64,000 bases of DNA from Cenococcum geophilum (taxonomy: Eukaryota), in the NCBI GenBank assembly GCA_050273025.1, contig CP158635.1, positions 26,474,001 through 26,538,000 on the forward strand, given 5' to 3'. Below the pieces are notes generated by a model that worked only from the letters and a program-made list of their open reading frames with translations, had not been told where the DNA came from and did no database searches. The translations under genes were made by a program, and so were the position numbers. Positions 11,329 through 25,048 of this stretch are shown piece by piece (within the stretch, counting starts at the first letter, position 1; each line of letters starts with the position of its first letter).

Positions 11329-14300
11329 ATAACTATATCTCTAACCTTAAATCCGTCCTAGTGAATATAGTAGGTATTATTAAAGTACTCCTTATTTGCT
11401 ACCCTTAGTCGTCTTATATACGCAATAGCCTCTTTTATATTTACGTTTCTTTAGTTAAACTACTTTATACGAAGTACTAGTAGCTCTATAGTAGTCCGGA
11501 TTATTTACTAAAGTAGCGTCTACTAAGTAGGTATATAGAGTTTAATAGGAAGGATATGCTTATATTTATATATAACTCTTACCAGTATCATTCCCGTAGG
11601 CCGCTTAATAGTTATCCTATCTGCCTATAAAACAGTATAAAGATTATCTAGCTATAAGCCATCTATCTTCACTAAAGCGTCTATTATAGGTCTATAGCCT
11701 CACTCTATAAAGCCTTACGCCTAAGCGTAGTAAGCGGAAGCTATAACCCTCTTAATATTATAGAGCTCTGCGAGCGCAGCGGTAACATTAGTATTCTCTC
11801 CTCTACTATCTATAGAGAGCTATCTAAATGCTCCCTATTAGTAGATAATATCTTTATAAAGGAACTTTACTATACTTTTTATATCCTTATTTTAAAGGGC
11901 CCGAGCCTCTACCCATCTAGATATATATTTTTAAGTAATAGCCAGGTACCAGAATCTGAGACGGCTTAGAGGTATAAACGTGATATCTACTACTACTTAT
12001 TACTATAAGGTGGACTCCCATATAGGGTATATTACTTCTTCTTCCTATCCTAGCTGTTACTCCTAGTATTACAGATACGACTTAATATGCTATAATATCT
12101 AATCCCATAGCCCTAGCCACTAATATTAATTTAAGACCCTCTAATACATTCCCTCTTATTTATGATATCCGCTTTAATTATAAAGGCTTTTAATAATCTC
12201 CTACTAAGCGTCCTTATTATTAACTACCCTTTATATTAGTATATTTTTCAACTACTAGCGAAAGAGCTGTTAATCACGCACTAGGAACTTCAGCGTATAT
12301 TATTTAAACTTTTTAAACTCCTTAGTATTTATCTCTTCCAGACGTTATAAGGTTACTAGCTACTTCGCAATCTTTTAAGATTCCTCTAAATATAAGTCTT
12401 TTAATAGCAGACCCACTTCCATTTTAAGAGGGGCAGCTATATATTCTAAGGCACTTAGTTCACAGTTAATAAACTCTTTAATATCCTTAGTTGGCTTATT
12501 AGGTCGTTTACTATTAGGTAGTCGTCGCAAAAGTCTATTAGCTAGGCTATTCTTCTTCCCCGGCATATATTTAATATTAAAGTCCTATAGCTAGATCCAT
12601 GCTAGCCATCTTATTATTAAGGCTCTGGGTAAATTAGTAGCGGCATAATTTAATTATACGACTAGGGTATTTACGTCTATCTCTACTATAAAGCAAACGC
12701 CGTATAGGTATACGCGATACTTCTTTAACGTATATAACAATGCCTAACATTTAAGCTTTCCTAAGTTATATTTCTGCTCCGCCTAAAACCAGATACCGCT
12801 TTTATATTAATATAGGTGACGATAACCTTACACGTCTAGTTATATAAGGCCACACCCCTATCCATTCTTGTATCCGTTAACGGTAAGAATAATTAGCCTA
12901 GCCCCTTTACTATAATCCAGCTAAACCAATATAGGTGCAGTAGTAACTATATACTTTAGAGTCTTTATAGCGGCTATCTACTCTATACCCTATATAAATA
13001 GAACGTTCACTTATAGTAGTTAGAAGATTAGCTCTGCCTTAATTACAAAGTCTTCTACCTATATTTGGTAATATACAACAACTCCTAAAAACGCTCAGGC
13101 CAATATAACGTCTTCGCAGTCTTTCCAGTAAATAATCTTTACAACCTTTAACTCTTCCAAATATTGTCCTTTTCCATTACAGCGGTAGCCAACCACTATA
13201 ATCTCGTCTTTATAGAAATAAGACTTTATGCCTAAGATCGTACACCTAGCTCGTTCTAAATCTGCAAGCACCCCGTCTAGCCATACAATATATTTTAGAA
13301 TATATCTATATATACCTAGAAGGCTCTCCTCCCCATTATATACTGTCTATAGGCCTTTCACTATAATGTTATCCAGAAATGGTAGGGTATAGTATAAGAT
13401 ATATTATTCTAAGATCCTAGTAATCGTCCGCACGAACTAGGCTATAGAATTCGTGCCTTTTATAGGTACCGTCATTTATTATAGAAGTCCCAAAGGTATT
13501 ATAAAAGCCATTAAGTTCTGGCTTTCTATATCCAGCTCTAATTAGTTATAGCCTAAGAAGAAGTCTACTAGAGATATAACCTTACACCCTATAAACTCCT
13601 TAAAAAATTTATCAGCATATAGCGGCAGATTTACGTCCCTAACAGTTACTCAGTTAATATTTATCGCCGCGTTAATTAGTCAGTACTTATTGCGTTCCTT
13701 CTTACTTATAAGAAACCATAAATTCTTATATAGGCTTTCGCAATATTCCAGAGTCCCTTAAGCTAGTTATTCTTATAATATATTTATCACTTCTCCTTAT
13801 AGGGCCCTAGGTACTAGAAAGTTTAATACTTACTATACTTTATACGGCACGGTTTTAATCTTTAGTGGTGGAGTTACGTCTCTGCTAACGCGACCCATCT
13901 TAGAGAACTCCCATACTAGAGCCTCTTCTCGGTTAAACAATATAGCCTTAAGGATCTCTTGTTCTCTTAGCTAAATATCTCCTATAATTATACGCTCTAA
14001 TTATTTTAGCTTTAGTCATGCACCGCGGGCCAGCTTAGTATATTGCGGCTTAAGAAAATAATTATACGGTCTAAGAGGTAATCCTTAAATAGACGCCTTC
14101 TATTAACGTAAGGCCACCTCTCGCCATTCTACTATACCTCCTATAACTGTTCCATCTAGTGCCGATAAATTAACTAGGTAGACCTTATCTGCCTTTCATT
14201 TATACGCAGTTGCTATATTTATAGCGCTTAATTAAGCCTTACTCTAGCAGCTTTCTATTTATATTATAAATAGATCTATTATCTTTAACATTTAATATAT

Positions 14301-17300
14301 AAGGGATTTAGCTTTTGCTTTAAATACTAGCTTCCAATTCTTCCTTAAGTATTTCTTTAGGACTTCCTTTGATATTTTACTATTGAGCTCTCTCTATCCA
14401 ATGTTATGCTTCTTTCCCTACCAATAGCTCTATCTAGCGGATATCCAAAACGGCACACGTCCATGTTAGAGCCGCACCTTATTTCCCTCCTCTTTATTCT
14501 TAATATCCTTCTTATCCTAATACGCCGGGTTATAAGTAACCCCGGATACAATCTTAGCGGTTATACTAGCTATACGTTTCCCAAACTATTTTCTATACTA
14601 ATACCTTTATCTAGTTTAAAGAACATTGCATCCTTATAGGACGTTAAGAACCTTATTTTAACTCTGCTATCTTCTAATTAAATAATATAAGATACCTAAC
14701 CTATTATAATTCGTTTTGTTACTAGTCTAGCCCTTACTAACCATAGCTTACTAAGTATTACCTTATATAACATTTCCCCTATAGTAATAAACGTTATAGA
14801 TATTAAGACGTCACCTATTACTATAGGGACCGTATACACTAGCCCAATGAACTTAGACTAAGTTCTATTTATAGACATTAGACGCGCGCCTTATAACTAT
14901 AAAGGCAGACTTAATATTAGCAGGCCATATCGTAGGGCTACGCTTTCCTTAATTAGGTTAAGCTTAGCTCCAGAGTTAATTAGGCATTTAGCCCTTTTAT
15001 CTTCTATCTACGCTTCTACCTTTAGGTACCGCCTTTAAAACTAGATAAATCCTACTTCTTATTTAATCTGGTCTACTTCAGCAGTCGTTAGGCCGGCTTA
15101 ATTAGCATAAAATATTAGGTGTGCTAACAACACAGATACCTTAACGTCCTCCTACTTCTGTTAGTAAGGCTCCGTAAGGGGTAGCAAGAGAGGCTTAAAG
15201 AATAGCCTTATAACTTTAGGCATATACATAAGGCAGTCACCAATAGTAACTTTAATAGTTTTTAACAAGATCTTGTCCGCTATTATAGTTAGGCTTAGGA
15301 CGTTTCCTTTTAGTATATCTATTATCCTAACTGGCTTTAGTCGTAATACTTTAACTATTATTATTATATCCGCCATTTACTCCGTCTATCCTAGCTATTT
15401 AGTATAATTTATTTCATTACCCCTATTACTGCTTAACGGTGGTAGAGGAGCCTGCTGCTAGGGCCGTAGTGTAATTTAGACATGTCCTCCTAGTTATACA
15501 TTTTAAACCGTTGCCAGTTACGGACCAGATGGTTTTAAAGGCTGTTTTATTACCCTTACTTCCCCTTATAGTCTCCTAAGATTATATACCCGCGGCATAG
15601 GCTATAACTAGGTTGCGGCCCCTACTAAATTAACATATATTAACTCCACTTAGTATATATCTTCCTAGGACTCACCGAGTTCCTCTTTACTTTTAGCGTT
15701 ACTACCCTTTATAAGCTTTACGGAAGTTGCCTTTAGTTAAATACCTATTACTAGCGCATTAGGATCAATATTCGCGTTCTACCTTAGCTAGTCTTTAAGG
15801 AACTAGATCTAATTATCGCTCGGTAAATACGGAATTATATTTCCTAGGCGCTTACGTATTCCAGCGTATATTCGGTTGTTTTTGTTTATATATAGAAAAC
15901 CATAATAAACTAACTCTTTAAGCTTTGGACACTAATTAATAAAATAGTAGGCACCCCCACATCTATAATACGTCTGATTTTATATCTAGTATACGCCAAA
16001 GTTTCCTAGCCCTCTATACCTTCCTAGGCCCGGCTTATATTGTTCTTATAGCGCTCCCTTATAGGGCGGCTACGGTCTATTATTACCTAGTGCCGGTTGC
16101 GGGTCTATTTATTCTTAACGCATTAACGCCCTATTTAGGAGCTATGTGTACCGTATTAGATCCTAGCGAATCCTATCTAGAAATAGCATTAAAGATACAA
16201 CGCCTACCAATTTAACCGTCCCAAGATTAAGCTTCCGGAGTTAATTAGTAAGTTTCTCTAGTTTAGGGTCTATTTCCTAAGTCATTTAATAGGTATTTAC
16301 TAACTCGCTTAGCTAAGAGACTATAGGTAGTTAAAGGGCAGCATCTCTTTAGTTTATTATAGCTAGTTGCTAATTACGGAATTATCTAACTAGCTAATAA
16401 AGGCCTTATTCCTTAGGATTCATTATTAATAACTAATTAGCGCCTTTATGCGAATTAAGCCTGTCTTCTACAGCTCTCCTTAGCAGGTAAAAGTTAAAAG
16501 ACTCTCACCTATTAGGGTCGGCTCCTGTTTTAGTTATTATATATCTTTAGTATTTAAATAAGAGTCCTCTTGCGAACCAGTACCCTTATTTACAGTTTTC
16601 TAAATTACTAGCCTTAGTAACCTTTTAGGAGATTAACGTAAACTACCTATAGTATTCGCGTATACTACTAGGTAGATTGTTCCTGCACTATAGTATATAA
16701 GCTTCTAAGAATTCTACCATTTCGACTTATTAAAAATAGTTACTTCCTTAGTAGTCTATCCTAAGCTTTCCTATAAGTTCTATCTAGTTACTAATAGCAA
16801 ACTTAGGCAGATTTTAGATCTATATCCCTATCCAATAGTCGCAATACTCTGGAAGTCCTTAATACTTTTTGTTATTTATAACACAGTGCTGGATATATAG
16901 CCGCTTATACTACTTAATAAATTGCGATATATTTTGTCTTATAAAGTAAGGGGTCCTAGGGGTTCCCGGAGCCGGTATAGGCTAGGCCATAATATACACC
17001 TTATCTCGTTCTATTAGTAGTCTAGTAGGAGGTAGCAGACCTATAGTTTTTTTAGGAACAGGTAGGTAGACCTTATAACCCTTATCCTCTGTCTATTAAG
17101 GGTTATTGGTCCCTAATATTGCGGGAGTTAGGGTTAGTATTGCATGCCCTAGTTTAGGAGAGCTTCACGGTTTAATAGGCTGCTTGCTTTCCTCTCCCTT
17201 TCTAGCGCCCTTACTATCGTTATAGAATGGGCCTAACATTCCTAACAATCCCTTTACTGGTACTATTGCCATTGTTATAAATTTAAAGGTAGCTCTAATA

Positions 17301-17637
17301 AATGCGAGAATAATAGTATAGACTATTGCAAATATAGTAAATAAAATATAAAAGATTTTTCTTTACCATTCCTAGTATGCCATAGTCCTTCCTTTTATCC
17401 TTCGTCTTACTATACTACGTACCCGCCTCCTTATCGCTGCTTGCCGACCACCATTCCCGCATAGAGAACTCGGCAAGTGTCGTCGGTTTATTCTTTGTGG
17501 CGGTAGCTACGCACAGGTCGCTAATATGCCCGTACTTCTTTATCTCGGTTATTCTATTGCAGTTCTAGATCGTTCCTATACGTCTCCTATATATAGAGCA
17601 CCAGACTTCTAATCTAAAGAGCTTACCGTCGTCCCTA

Positions 17638-17934
17638 TATAGAATGCCATAAAATATATGGGAGGGTACGACCTCTTTAAGATAGGAAAGTCACAGTGCT
17701 GTTAGTCAGTCTGTCGGTCGGTCTATTGGTCAGTTACAATCAGTTAGAATTAAGCAGTAAGAAGAGAAAGAAAAGAGTATATTTAAGGAAAGTTATATAT
17801 CTATTAGTGTCGCCTAAGTTATTAAAGACTTTAAGGGCTCCAGACCAATCTATATAACTTATGGAAGGCCTAGGCTCTCCCAAAGCTATGCCTAATCTAG
17901 ATATTGAATCCAGGGGCTAAATTACACCACTACA
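17638..17934 (-). repeat. Probable 5' LTR of element B
   Basis: tata(=tgta)gaat...cactaca boundaries, upstream of B gag, abutting the interrupted pol of element C. No partner copy in the window. Confidence 0.6.
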
Positions 17935-20090
17935 CTAGAAACCTCTTTTAGGTCTATATATTCCTACAGAATCTCTAGTTCCTTAACTACGTATAGCTAG
18001 ATATCTAAAAATAAATACCCTATATCTTTATTCTTAGGGTTAAGAGTAGTATATATAGTATATGCCCACCCTTTTTCTTATATATAGCTTAGGAAAGTCT
18101 CTTAATCTTTAACTATAATGCGTAATTAAGACTTCTGGTATTAATACGAGGCTAAAGGCCAATTAATATCTAGATTAACTTAGTAAAGCTATAGGTATCC
18201 CAGAATAAGGTTATACCCCTTAATTTCTATAGCGTAGAAGCGTATCTTTTATATATCCTATAGACTGTTACGGTCCTAGCTAGCAACGGGAAACGTCTAT
18301 TCCCTATAGTATGGAATTTAGTAGCCTCTAATACTTTAAATAGTGCGCACCTATAAGCCGCTAAGGTTTAAATCTAATTCTTTTACTAGTAATTAAGAAA
18401 TAAACCCTATACTTACGCCGCTGTCTACAAGGCAGTCTTACGTCACCTATTTATTATTAACTTAAATAGAAATAGAAATAACTATACGGCAGTTTACTCC
18501 CTCCTTCTCTTACTAGCCTAGTATAAGGGAGTAAAGATCTACTAGGCTGTCTCTTTTCCTAATTAGGCTAACTCTTACTTCTTTTACTAGCAGAAGCGGC
18601 TTATATGGCCCTTCTTGCCGCAGTTATAACAGGTACGTGTTTCCCGGTTCCCCTTCTATAGATTAGGTCTCTACCTATTATTATTTTAGGGTTAACCAGC
18701 GTTGCTTTAGGGCTGCGAGGCCTGCTTACGTTATCCTTTTGCAGAGCAGTTAGGTTGGAATCTACCCCTATTATTAAAGCTAGGTCTAGTTCTACGCTCT
18801 TTATTATTAGCGTCTCGTTCCTTTTACTTACCTAAATAGTTTCTTTTAGCATTCTTAATCTGAGTAGCTTTAGAGATAAGCTTTTCTTAAGAGGTAGGAA
18901 TTTCGCCCTTCTCCTAAATAGCCTATTAAATCTTAGGTTGTAGCTTAGTAAGTAGCTGGTAAAGTTATATAGTGTTATCCCACAGGTCTAAGTAGGGTAT
19001 ATTATTTTCTAGCTTTTCCAAGTAGTTTATAAACTAGACTACACTTTGGCCTTCTCGCTATTTAGCGTTATAATATCGCTAGTTGTAATCTATCCCTTAA
19101 TTAGTAGGGTATTGGACCTAATTAACTAACTAGGTCTTAAGTTTGCTAAATTTAAGGGGTATAATAAGTTTCTTCTTATAGCGTGTTTATAAACTCTTAA
19201 CGGTGCTATATAGGAAGGTAGAAGCAATTAGTGTCTAATTATACTTATTAGAGTAATATTTCGGATTTAGCCGAAACTTAGTTTTATATTAACGGATAAA
19301 ACGATTATAGTTCCAGAGACTATTACTATTATACTTATTAGGTTCCTTTATATAGAATCTAGGTTTTTCTAATATTATAGCGTAGTGTGGCGTTACCCCT
19401 TTGAGTCCGCTTCGTGTTTAGGGTGTCTATACTTCTCCTAACTGTCCTTATAATTGTTCTTAGTAGTCCTAATATACTTATCTTAATTATATCTCTAACT
19501 CTTTTGTTTTTTATAGGGTCTTATATAGTAACCGCTCTGATAACTTTTTAGCAGTAATCGTTTTTAAGAGTTTTATAAAGTTAGACGGACTAGCCATGGC
19601 TTCCTAGTCTACTCTTTTATAAGTAGAGGGAATGCGCTCCTCTAAGGAGACTCTCTAAGCCTCTTGCGGTAAGGGCGTTGCTTTATAGGGTACAGGAGTA
19701 TAGTCCGTTATTATTAATTAATAGCCGTATATTCCTAATAGATTATAAGCGATTAGAATTATAAGAGGCTAGCCTAACCGGAATGTATAATTATCTAATT
19801 AATAGTGTTACTAGTAAGTAGAAGGTAAGTTAAAGGTATATTAAAGGTAAGTAGGAGGTAAAATAAGTTTTCACGTATTAAAGAATAAATGCTTTTAACT
19901 ACTTCTATTTAGAGACTAATTACTAGTTCTTCTCTAGAGGGGAACTAGCTTCCTATATATTTCTTCTAAGACGCTAGTAAAACCTTTCGCCCCTAACCTG
20001 TTTAACTATGTCTTCTGGAATATAGATAGGACATAAATAAAACCTCCTACCGTCTTATTGGATATGTACCTCCTAGGGGATTCCGTTACA
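17935..20090 (-). mobile_element. Ty3/Gypsy LTR retrotransposon C, 5' part (LTR ~19806-20090, gag, protease), interrupted by B
   Basis: Intact zinc knuckle CYNCGKKGHISRFC ~18590-18635, protease LVDSG ~18420, LTR ending ccgttaca at 20090 that interrupts the PIF1 ORF. Confidence 0.85.
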
Positions 20091-21510
20091 TAATCTTACG
20101 CCTCTATAATAAGCTTTTAAGGATATTTACTATCTTATCCTTAACGAGAAATCTATAATTAGGCAAGTATATCTAGCCTAGATTAATTACCGCCTTTGTT
20201 AAATCTACCCTACGCGTAATAATAGCTATTTTAAAGGCTTAAATATCTTGCTAGTAGGTAATTTCCATTAGCTTCCCCCTATAGGTTAGGCGGCCTTATA
20301 TAGTAATCTACTTACTAGGCCGTTAGAGCTCGCTAGCTATAGAAAGGGACCCTATAAGGCAATTAACTAAACAGCTATCCTAGATTAAGTTATATAGTAG
20401 GGCGGTAATAACGCTAAAAGCTCTATATTTAGGACCGCCCTTATAAAGCTACGTAGTAATTCTATAAGTAAATTAACCTAAAAGCTTTTTTTAACTAGGT
20501 ATAAGTAGGGCCTATCTACTAATAAGGTTGCGGGCTTTAATAATATAATTTAGCTATATGGTATACGCGCTACTATAGGTAAGTATAACACTATTTAGCT
20601 TCGCGACCTTTTATAGCCAGTAGTGGCTATTAAGTTAGTTAATACTAGTATAGGTACACGGAAAGTTACTCCTAATTAGTGTAATACTATAGAGAATCTA
20701 GCCCTATATATTGGCGCGAAAGTAATACTAATATAGAATATCTAGGTAAACCTAAGCTTAGTAAATAGTACTATTAGTATAATTAAAGATGTTATATAGA
20801 AGGAATACGTAGATATTAAAAGGGATTAGCCTTAGTTACTACTAATTATAGTAAATAGGTACAACGGACCTGCCTTATTTACTTAGTAGAATAATAAGAA
20901 AGTTATCCCTATATTTTCTATACTTTATAAATAGGAGGGTATAAAAGGCTCTTACTTATAGCGTTAATTTCTAATTACTTTAGCTTTTACTTTTATCGTA
21001 TATAAAAGCTAGGGCTTAATACTTAACTAGGTGGTTTTAGATATTAAGGAAAAGAATAAAATAGCTAGGCTAACCTATATAGCAATCTTATAAGTTAAGA
21101 AGCTTTTAGGGCTTATATTTAAATATAGGTTTAATATAAAATAATTTTAGTTATCTATAAGTAAGTGTTTGTACCAATTTAATGGTATAAGTAAGTCATA
21201 TCCCGGGGCACGAAATACGTATAGTATCGTATGCTCTTTGGGATGGTGGTGACTGTCGATTCTATTGAAGCAGACTACGTGGTCTATATACTGATGCGAC
21301 CTCCCCCCTAATTAGTCAGTGCTTCAGAAGTGCACCAGACGCGTAAGCGGGTGGTTAGTGCACCAAACGCGTAAACGCGTACTCGGCGTACCGAACGCGT
21401 AAGCACGCGGTTGGTACGACAGGTGCTGTAATTATACAGTAAGACTAAAGAGGTATAATAAGAAGATTTTGTACGGAGGTAGTAGTAACTACTTATAAAC
21501 GACTTTTCCT
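20091..21510 (+). pseudogene. C-terminal half of a PIF1-family helicase (Helitron-like or other DNA element), RIP-degraded
   Basis: ILNEKSII (=ILDEKSMI), GNFH*LPPI (=GDFHQLPPV), KVILI*NI, LVNS (=LVNG), YKS*GLIL (=HKSQGLTL), YIAIL*V (=YVAISRV). Confidence 0.88.
21166..21438. mobile_element. Solo LTR (273 bp) inserted in the PIF1 ORF
   Basis: TG...CA ends, 5-bp TSD GTAAG (21161-65 and 21439-43); much less RIP-mutated than its flanks. Confidence 0.88.
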
Positions 21511-22066
21511 AAATAGGAAATTATATACTGGCTTAGAGGTAAGCAGAGAATATAATATTTATCTTAGTTTCCTAATTTTTAAATAGCTTAACTACGAAAT
21601 CTATTTTTTTTTTTTTTTTTAATTTTAACCCCCTTATCCGTTCTACCTTCTTATCGCTTTTAAAGCTGTTAGATATATATATAATGGTATATAGGGAGAA
21701 TTAGCAGTATTGCCAGATTAATATTGCTGCTATCTATAGCGTTAATTAATTTTTAGAATTTTTTAAGTTTTTTTTAAAGGGCGAAAATGTTACTTATATA
21801 AGGAGTTATATAACCTCTAAGAATATATACTACTTAGGACCGCATATTAGCAGCCACGACTTCTTTATACTCTAGTTAAGATTTTATATATACCGCACCT
21901 AGAGCTACTTATAATAACTATTACTTATAAATCTACCAATTTATATATTAAAAATTAGATATAGTTAGAGCTGTTAGTAGGGGTTATTAATTGCGCTCCC
22001 TATAATAAAATTTTGGATTTTAGTAATCTAAAGTCTAGATTATTAAATATAACTAACTACTAAGGC

Positions 22067-22680
22067 TGTCGCTACCTTATAACTTACTATACCTTATATA
22101 TATATATAGACTTTTCTTTACCTATTAAACCAACGGATAATTAACCTTAGTTAACGAATATACCTAACTAATAAATAAACTAACGAATTAAATTAAAAGT
22201 TTGGAATGTCTAAATAAGATTCTATTAAGAAGCTAGCTGGACCCTAACCTAGACCCTTCCTAACCTATTAAATTCTAAAAATAATAACCTCTACTAAATT
22301 AAAAATTAACCTTATCCTTAATAAGCTATCCGATTGGATTTAATAGTTCTTTATTATCTAAGATATAGCTAAAACTAACGAGGTATAGTAGTATATCGAC
22401 CCATTTAAGAAGAAAAGACGATCTTTTAAAGCTAGAACTACTAAGTTGGCCTACACTAAGGGACATACTACCTACGGCTATATTAATAGCAAAGCTAGAC
22501 CTAAACTAGCTTACTACCTATAACTAGCTCTATGCCGAATATAAGAATAATTTACGCGTACACTAGAAGCAAAAATAGGATATTAAGAACTATATCGTTC
22601 GCACTATATCGGTAGCCTACCTTCCACTTATTAATAGCCTTAGTAGTTAATTATATTAAATATTTAAGGCATCTCTACTA
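22067..22680 (+). mobile_element. Truncated Ty1/Copia-like fragment (putative LTR plus gag N-terminus)
   Basis: From ~22280: ITSTKLKINLILNKLSDWI**FFII*DIAKTNEV**YIDP, resembling the fungal Copia gag start (ILDKPSDW..W....VWQYIDP). Confidence 0.55.
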
Positions 22681-24149
22681 CTATAGTAGCCACTATAGTA
22701 ATAGAGACACCCTATACTTTAGTAAGTAATTAAGCCCATCTTATACAAGAATCTCATGCTATTAGTACTTACCAAATTACGTACTTGTAGGGCCTTCTCC
22801 CGTCTATAAATACTCCTTCTATACCTTTTTTTCTTCCTTTTTTCTTCCTTATAAGAGCTAGAGGTGCTCTAATACTCCTCCTTAGTCCCTATTAAGGGAT
22901 TTATTAGTTAATATAGCAATATAGATAGCATCGGATAAGGAGACGGGTAAAAGAGAAGATAGAAAGGACGGAGGAACCTCCAATAGGTATTAGTTAAGCA
23001 ACATTAATAGCTAGTTTTTATTACCTAAAAATTGCGTTATATAATAATATTTGGGAATATAAATATATACCCTATCTTATACTTATACTACTACTAAATA
23101 TTCTAGATTTTGTACTTAGAGCTACTTATAATAGGTATTCCTAAAAGATCTACCGGTTTAAAGCTCTATAATTAAACGTTATTAACGTTTTATATAGGGG
23201 TCGTCGATTAAGCTCCTAGGACACAATTTTTAAAGTTTAATACTATACCAATATTACAACCTTCTTGCAATAACCGAGCCACCCCTAATCTCCTCCCCTC
23301 CCTTTCCTCCCTCCTATTACTCGGCGCTAAGCTATTATATTATTACTAAGCCATTATATCGTCGTACGTCCGAACTAGGTAGGCAATAACATGGTTAATA
23401 GTTATTAGGTATTAAAAATATTCAGTATATAAAGCTTTAAATTAGAATTACAATCTACTATATTATATCCTACATAGAGGGCTCTGTATTAAAGCTCTGC
23501 AGTCCAAATATATGCTATATTCGTGACTAATATATTCTTTAGGCCCGGCTTAAGTAGGGCGCCTCGGTTACTGTAGTAGATCCTTACCTAGCAGTAACTA
23601 AGGCGCCTTAATCTTACTACTACTTCTGAATTAAGTAAAAGCTCTATATGGGGGGGTCCCAGGGGGTCTCCCCCTGGAAAACCTCATTTCTATATATATT
23701 AATTAAAGTTTATATAATAAAGCTCTAAATTAAAGCTTTGGGTTAACTAATTGGCTTATTACACTTGGGTCAAAATTTGCGTTGGGGACCAACGTTCCGT
23801 ATATTAGGGGCCGTGCCATACACGGGGCATATAACGATGCTAAGCGCGTCTCCTACCATATTCTGCTATATTCTACTATATTCTGCCGGGGTCGGGCTAT
23901 ACGGGGAAGGGGACGCACGAGGTATGCAAATACAGGTAACTCTCCCAACATTACTCCTAATCTGTCCGCCCAGGATAAGTCCAGAGAAATAGGACTGGAA
24001 GTTGACGACGTATAGGTCAAGGCAACGGCTATAATGAAACCATCCTGTACAGTGAAATTCAAAATCGGCTTCACCCCGGAACGCTCAATGATTTTATGTT
24101 GACTCACATTTCCAGGTACACTAGCACCATCATGGCTAGCTGTGCTTCA

Positions 24150-24780
24150 GACCCTGCATTAGCTTACTTCCCCTGCTCGGTGTACTCCCCCTATTCACTC
24201 AGCACTCTAACGAGGTTGTTTATGCTCGTCAGTATTTCAGGGTACCCCTTCCCCAACACCTTCTCCTTCAGCTGGTGTACCTCTTCGGCCTGGGCATACT
24301 TCCCCTAATTACTTAGCACCACAGCCAGGTTATTTATACTTGTTAGTGTTTCGGAGTGCTCCTTCCCTAATACCTTCTCTATTAGCTCTAACACCTACCA
24401 TTACGTTCCTTCTGCTGCTTCGTACTGCCTAATGCTATACTGATACCACCCTATATTGTTTAGTAAGGTAATCTTTACTTCTCTCTTTGTGACTTTCTCG
24501 CTTAATGATAAATGAGTATGCTGTTAAGGGTACCATTGCGTCAATCTCTCTTCTTAGACGCCCCTGGCAGTAAAAGGGATTTAGGAATATTTTCTCGCAT
24601 TAGACATGCTATAAAGGACAAGTATTCTATAGCGAGTAGATCCTGTTGACGGACTTAGTTAAATGAAATAAGGCACGTTGTTGCCATAGGATTCTCTATG
24701 CCCCTATGCCTTCCCCGATCCTCATAATTTTTGATAACCTACCTAAAATTGGCAAGAAGTTTTATAACTTGTAGAGGAAC
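24150..24780 (-). pseudogene. Fungal NLR fragment (NB-ARC C-terminal/winged helix plus kinesin-light-chain-type TPRs)
   Basis: EDRGRHRGIENPMATTCLISFN*VRQQDLLAIEYLSFIAC, ENIPKSLL, TLTAYSFI, then TPRs EKVLGKEHSETLTSINNLAVVLSN*GKYAQAE and EKVLGKGYPEILTSINNL; stops, frameshifts and deletions present. Confidence 0.88.
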
Positions 24781-25048
24781 GAAGTAAAAGTACGTCTTTA
24801 AAATCGAGGTGTGGTGCGGTGAGATGGTACTACGGAGAATAGGATGGCATACATTCCCTTACATGAGCGGCAATTGGTTATAATGCGATATCAAGTAGTG
24901 TGAAATCTGAGGTTTCAGTCGTAGAGGCTGTGTTGTAGGATGGCAAAGGGCTCCAGAGTGGGGATCAGGGCCAGTAAATTCTCCAGACAGACATCGCCCA
25001 CATGGGCAGTCATCAGATGGTCGCTCTTTTGAATCTAAAATAATGTAA

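Larger units (their letters stand above)
2966..17934 (-). mobile_element. Ty3/Gypsy LTR retrotransposon B (Ylt1-like), RIP-degraded, interrupted by element A; 3' LTR not found in window
   Basis: Minus strand: gag ~15300-17280; protease CLINSGAKLN (=DSGAELN) ~14960; RT PFLDNIIVKG (=PFLDDI.VKGP) ~13370; RNase H and integrase 11334-12900; GPF module WLGPFRV...YLIKDLNG at 3200-3320. Candidate 5' LTR 17638-17934 ending ...ctaca. Confidence 0.85.

Noticed and set aside
23765..24107. Three overlapping 75-84 aa ORFs
   Set aside because: No motifs; expected by chance in the less AT-rich border zone.
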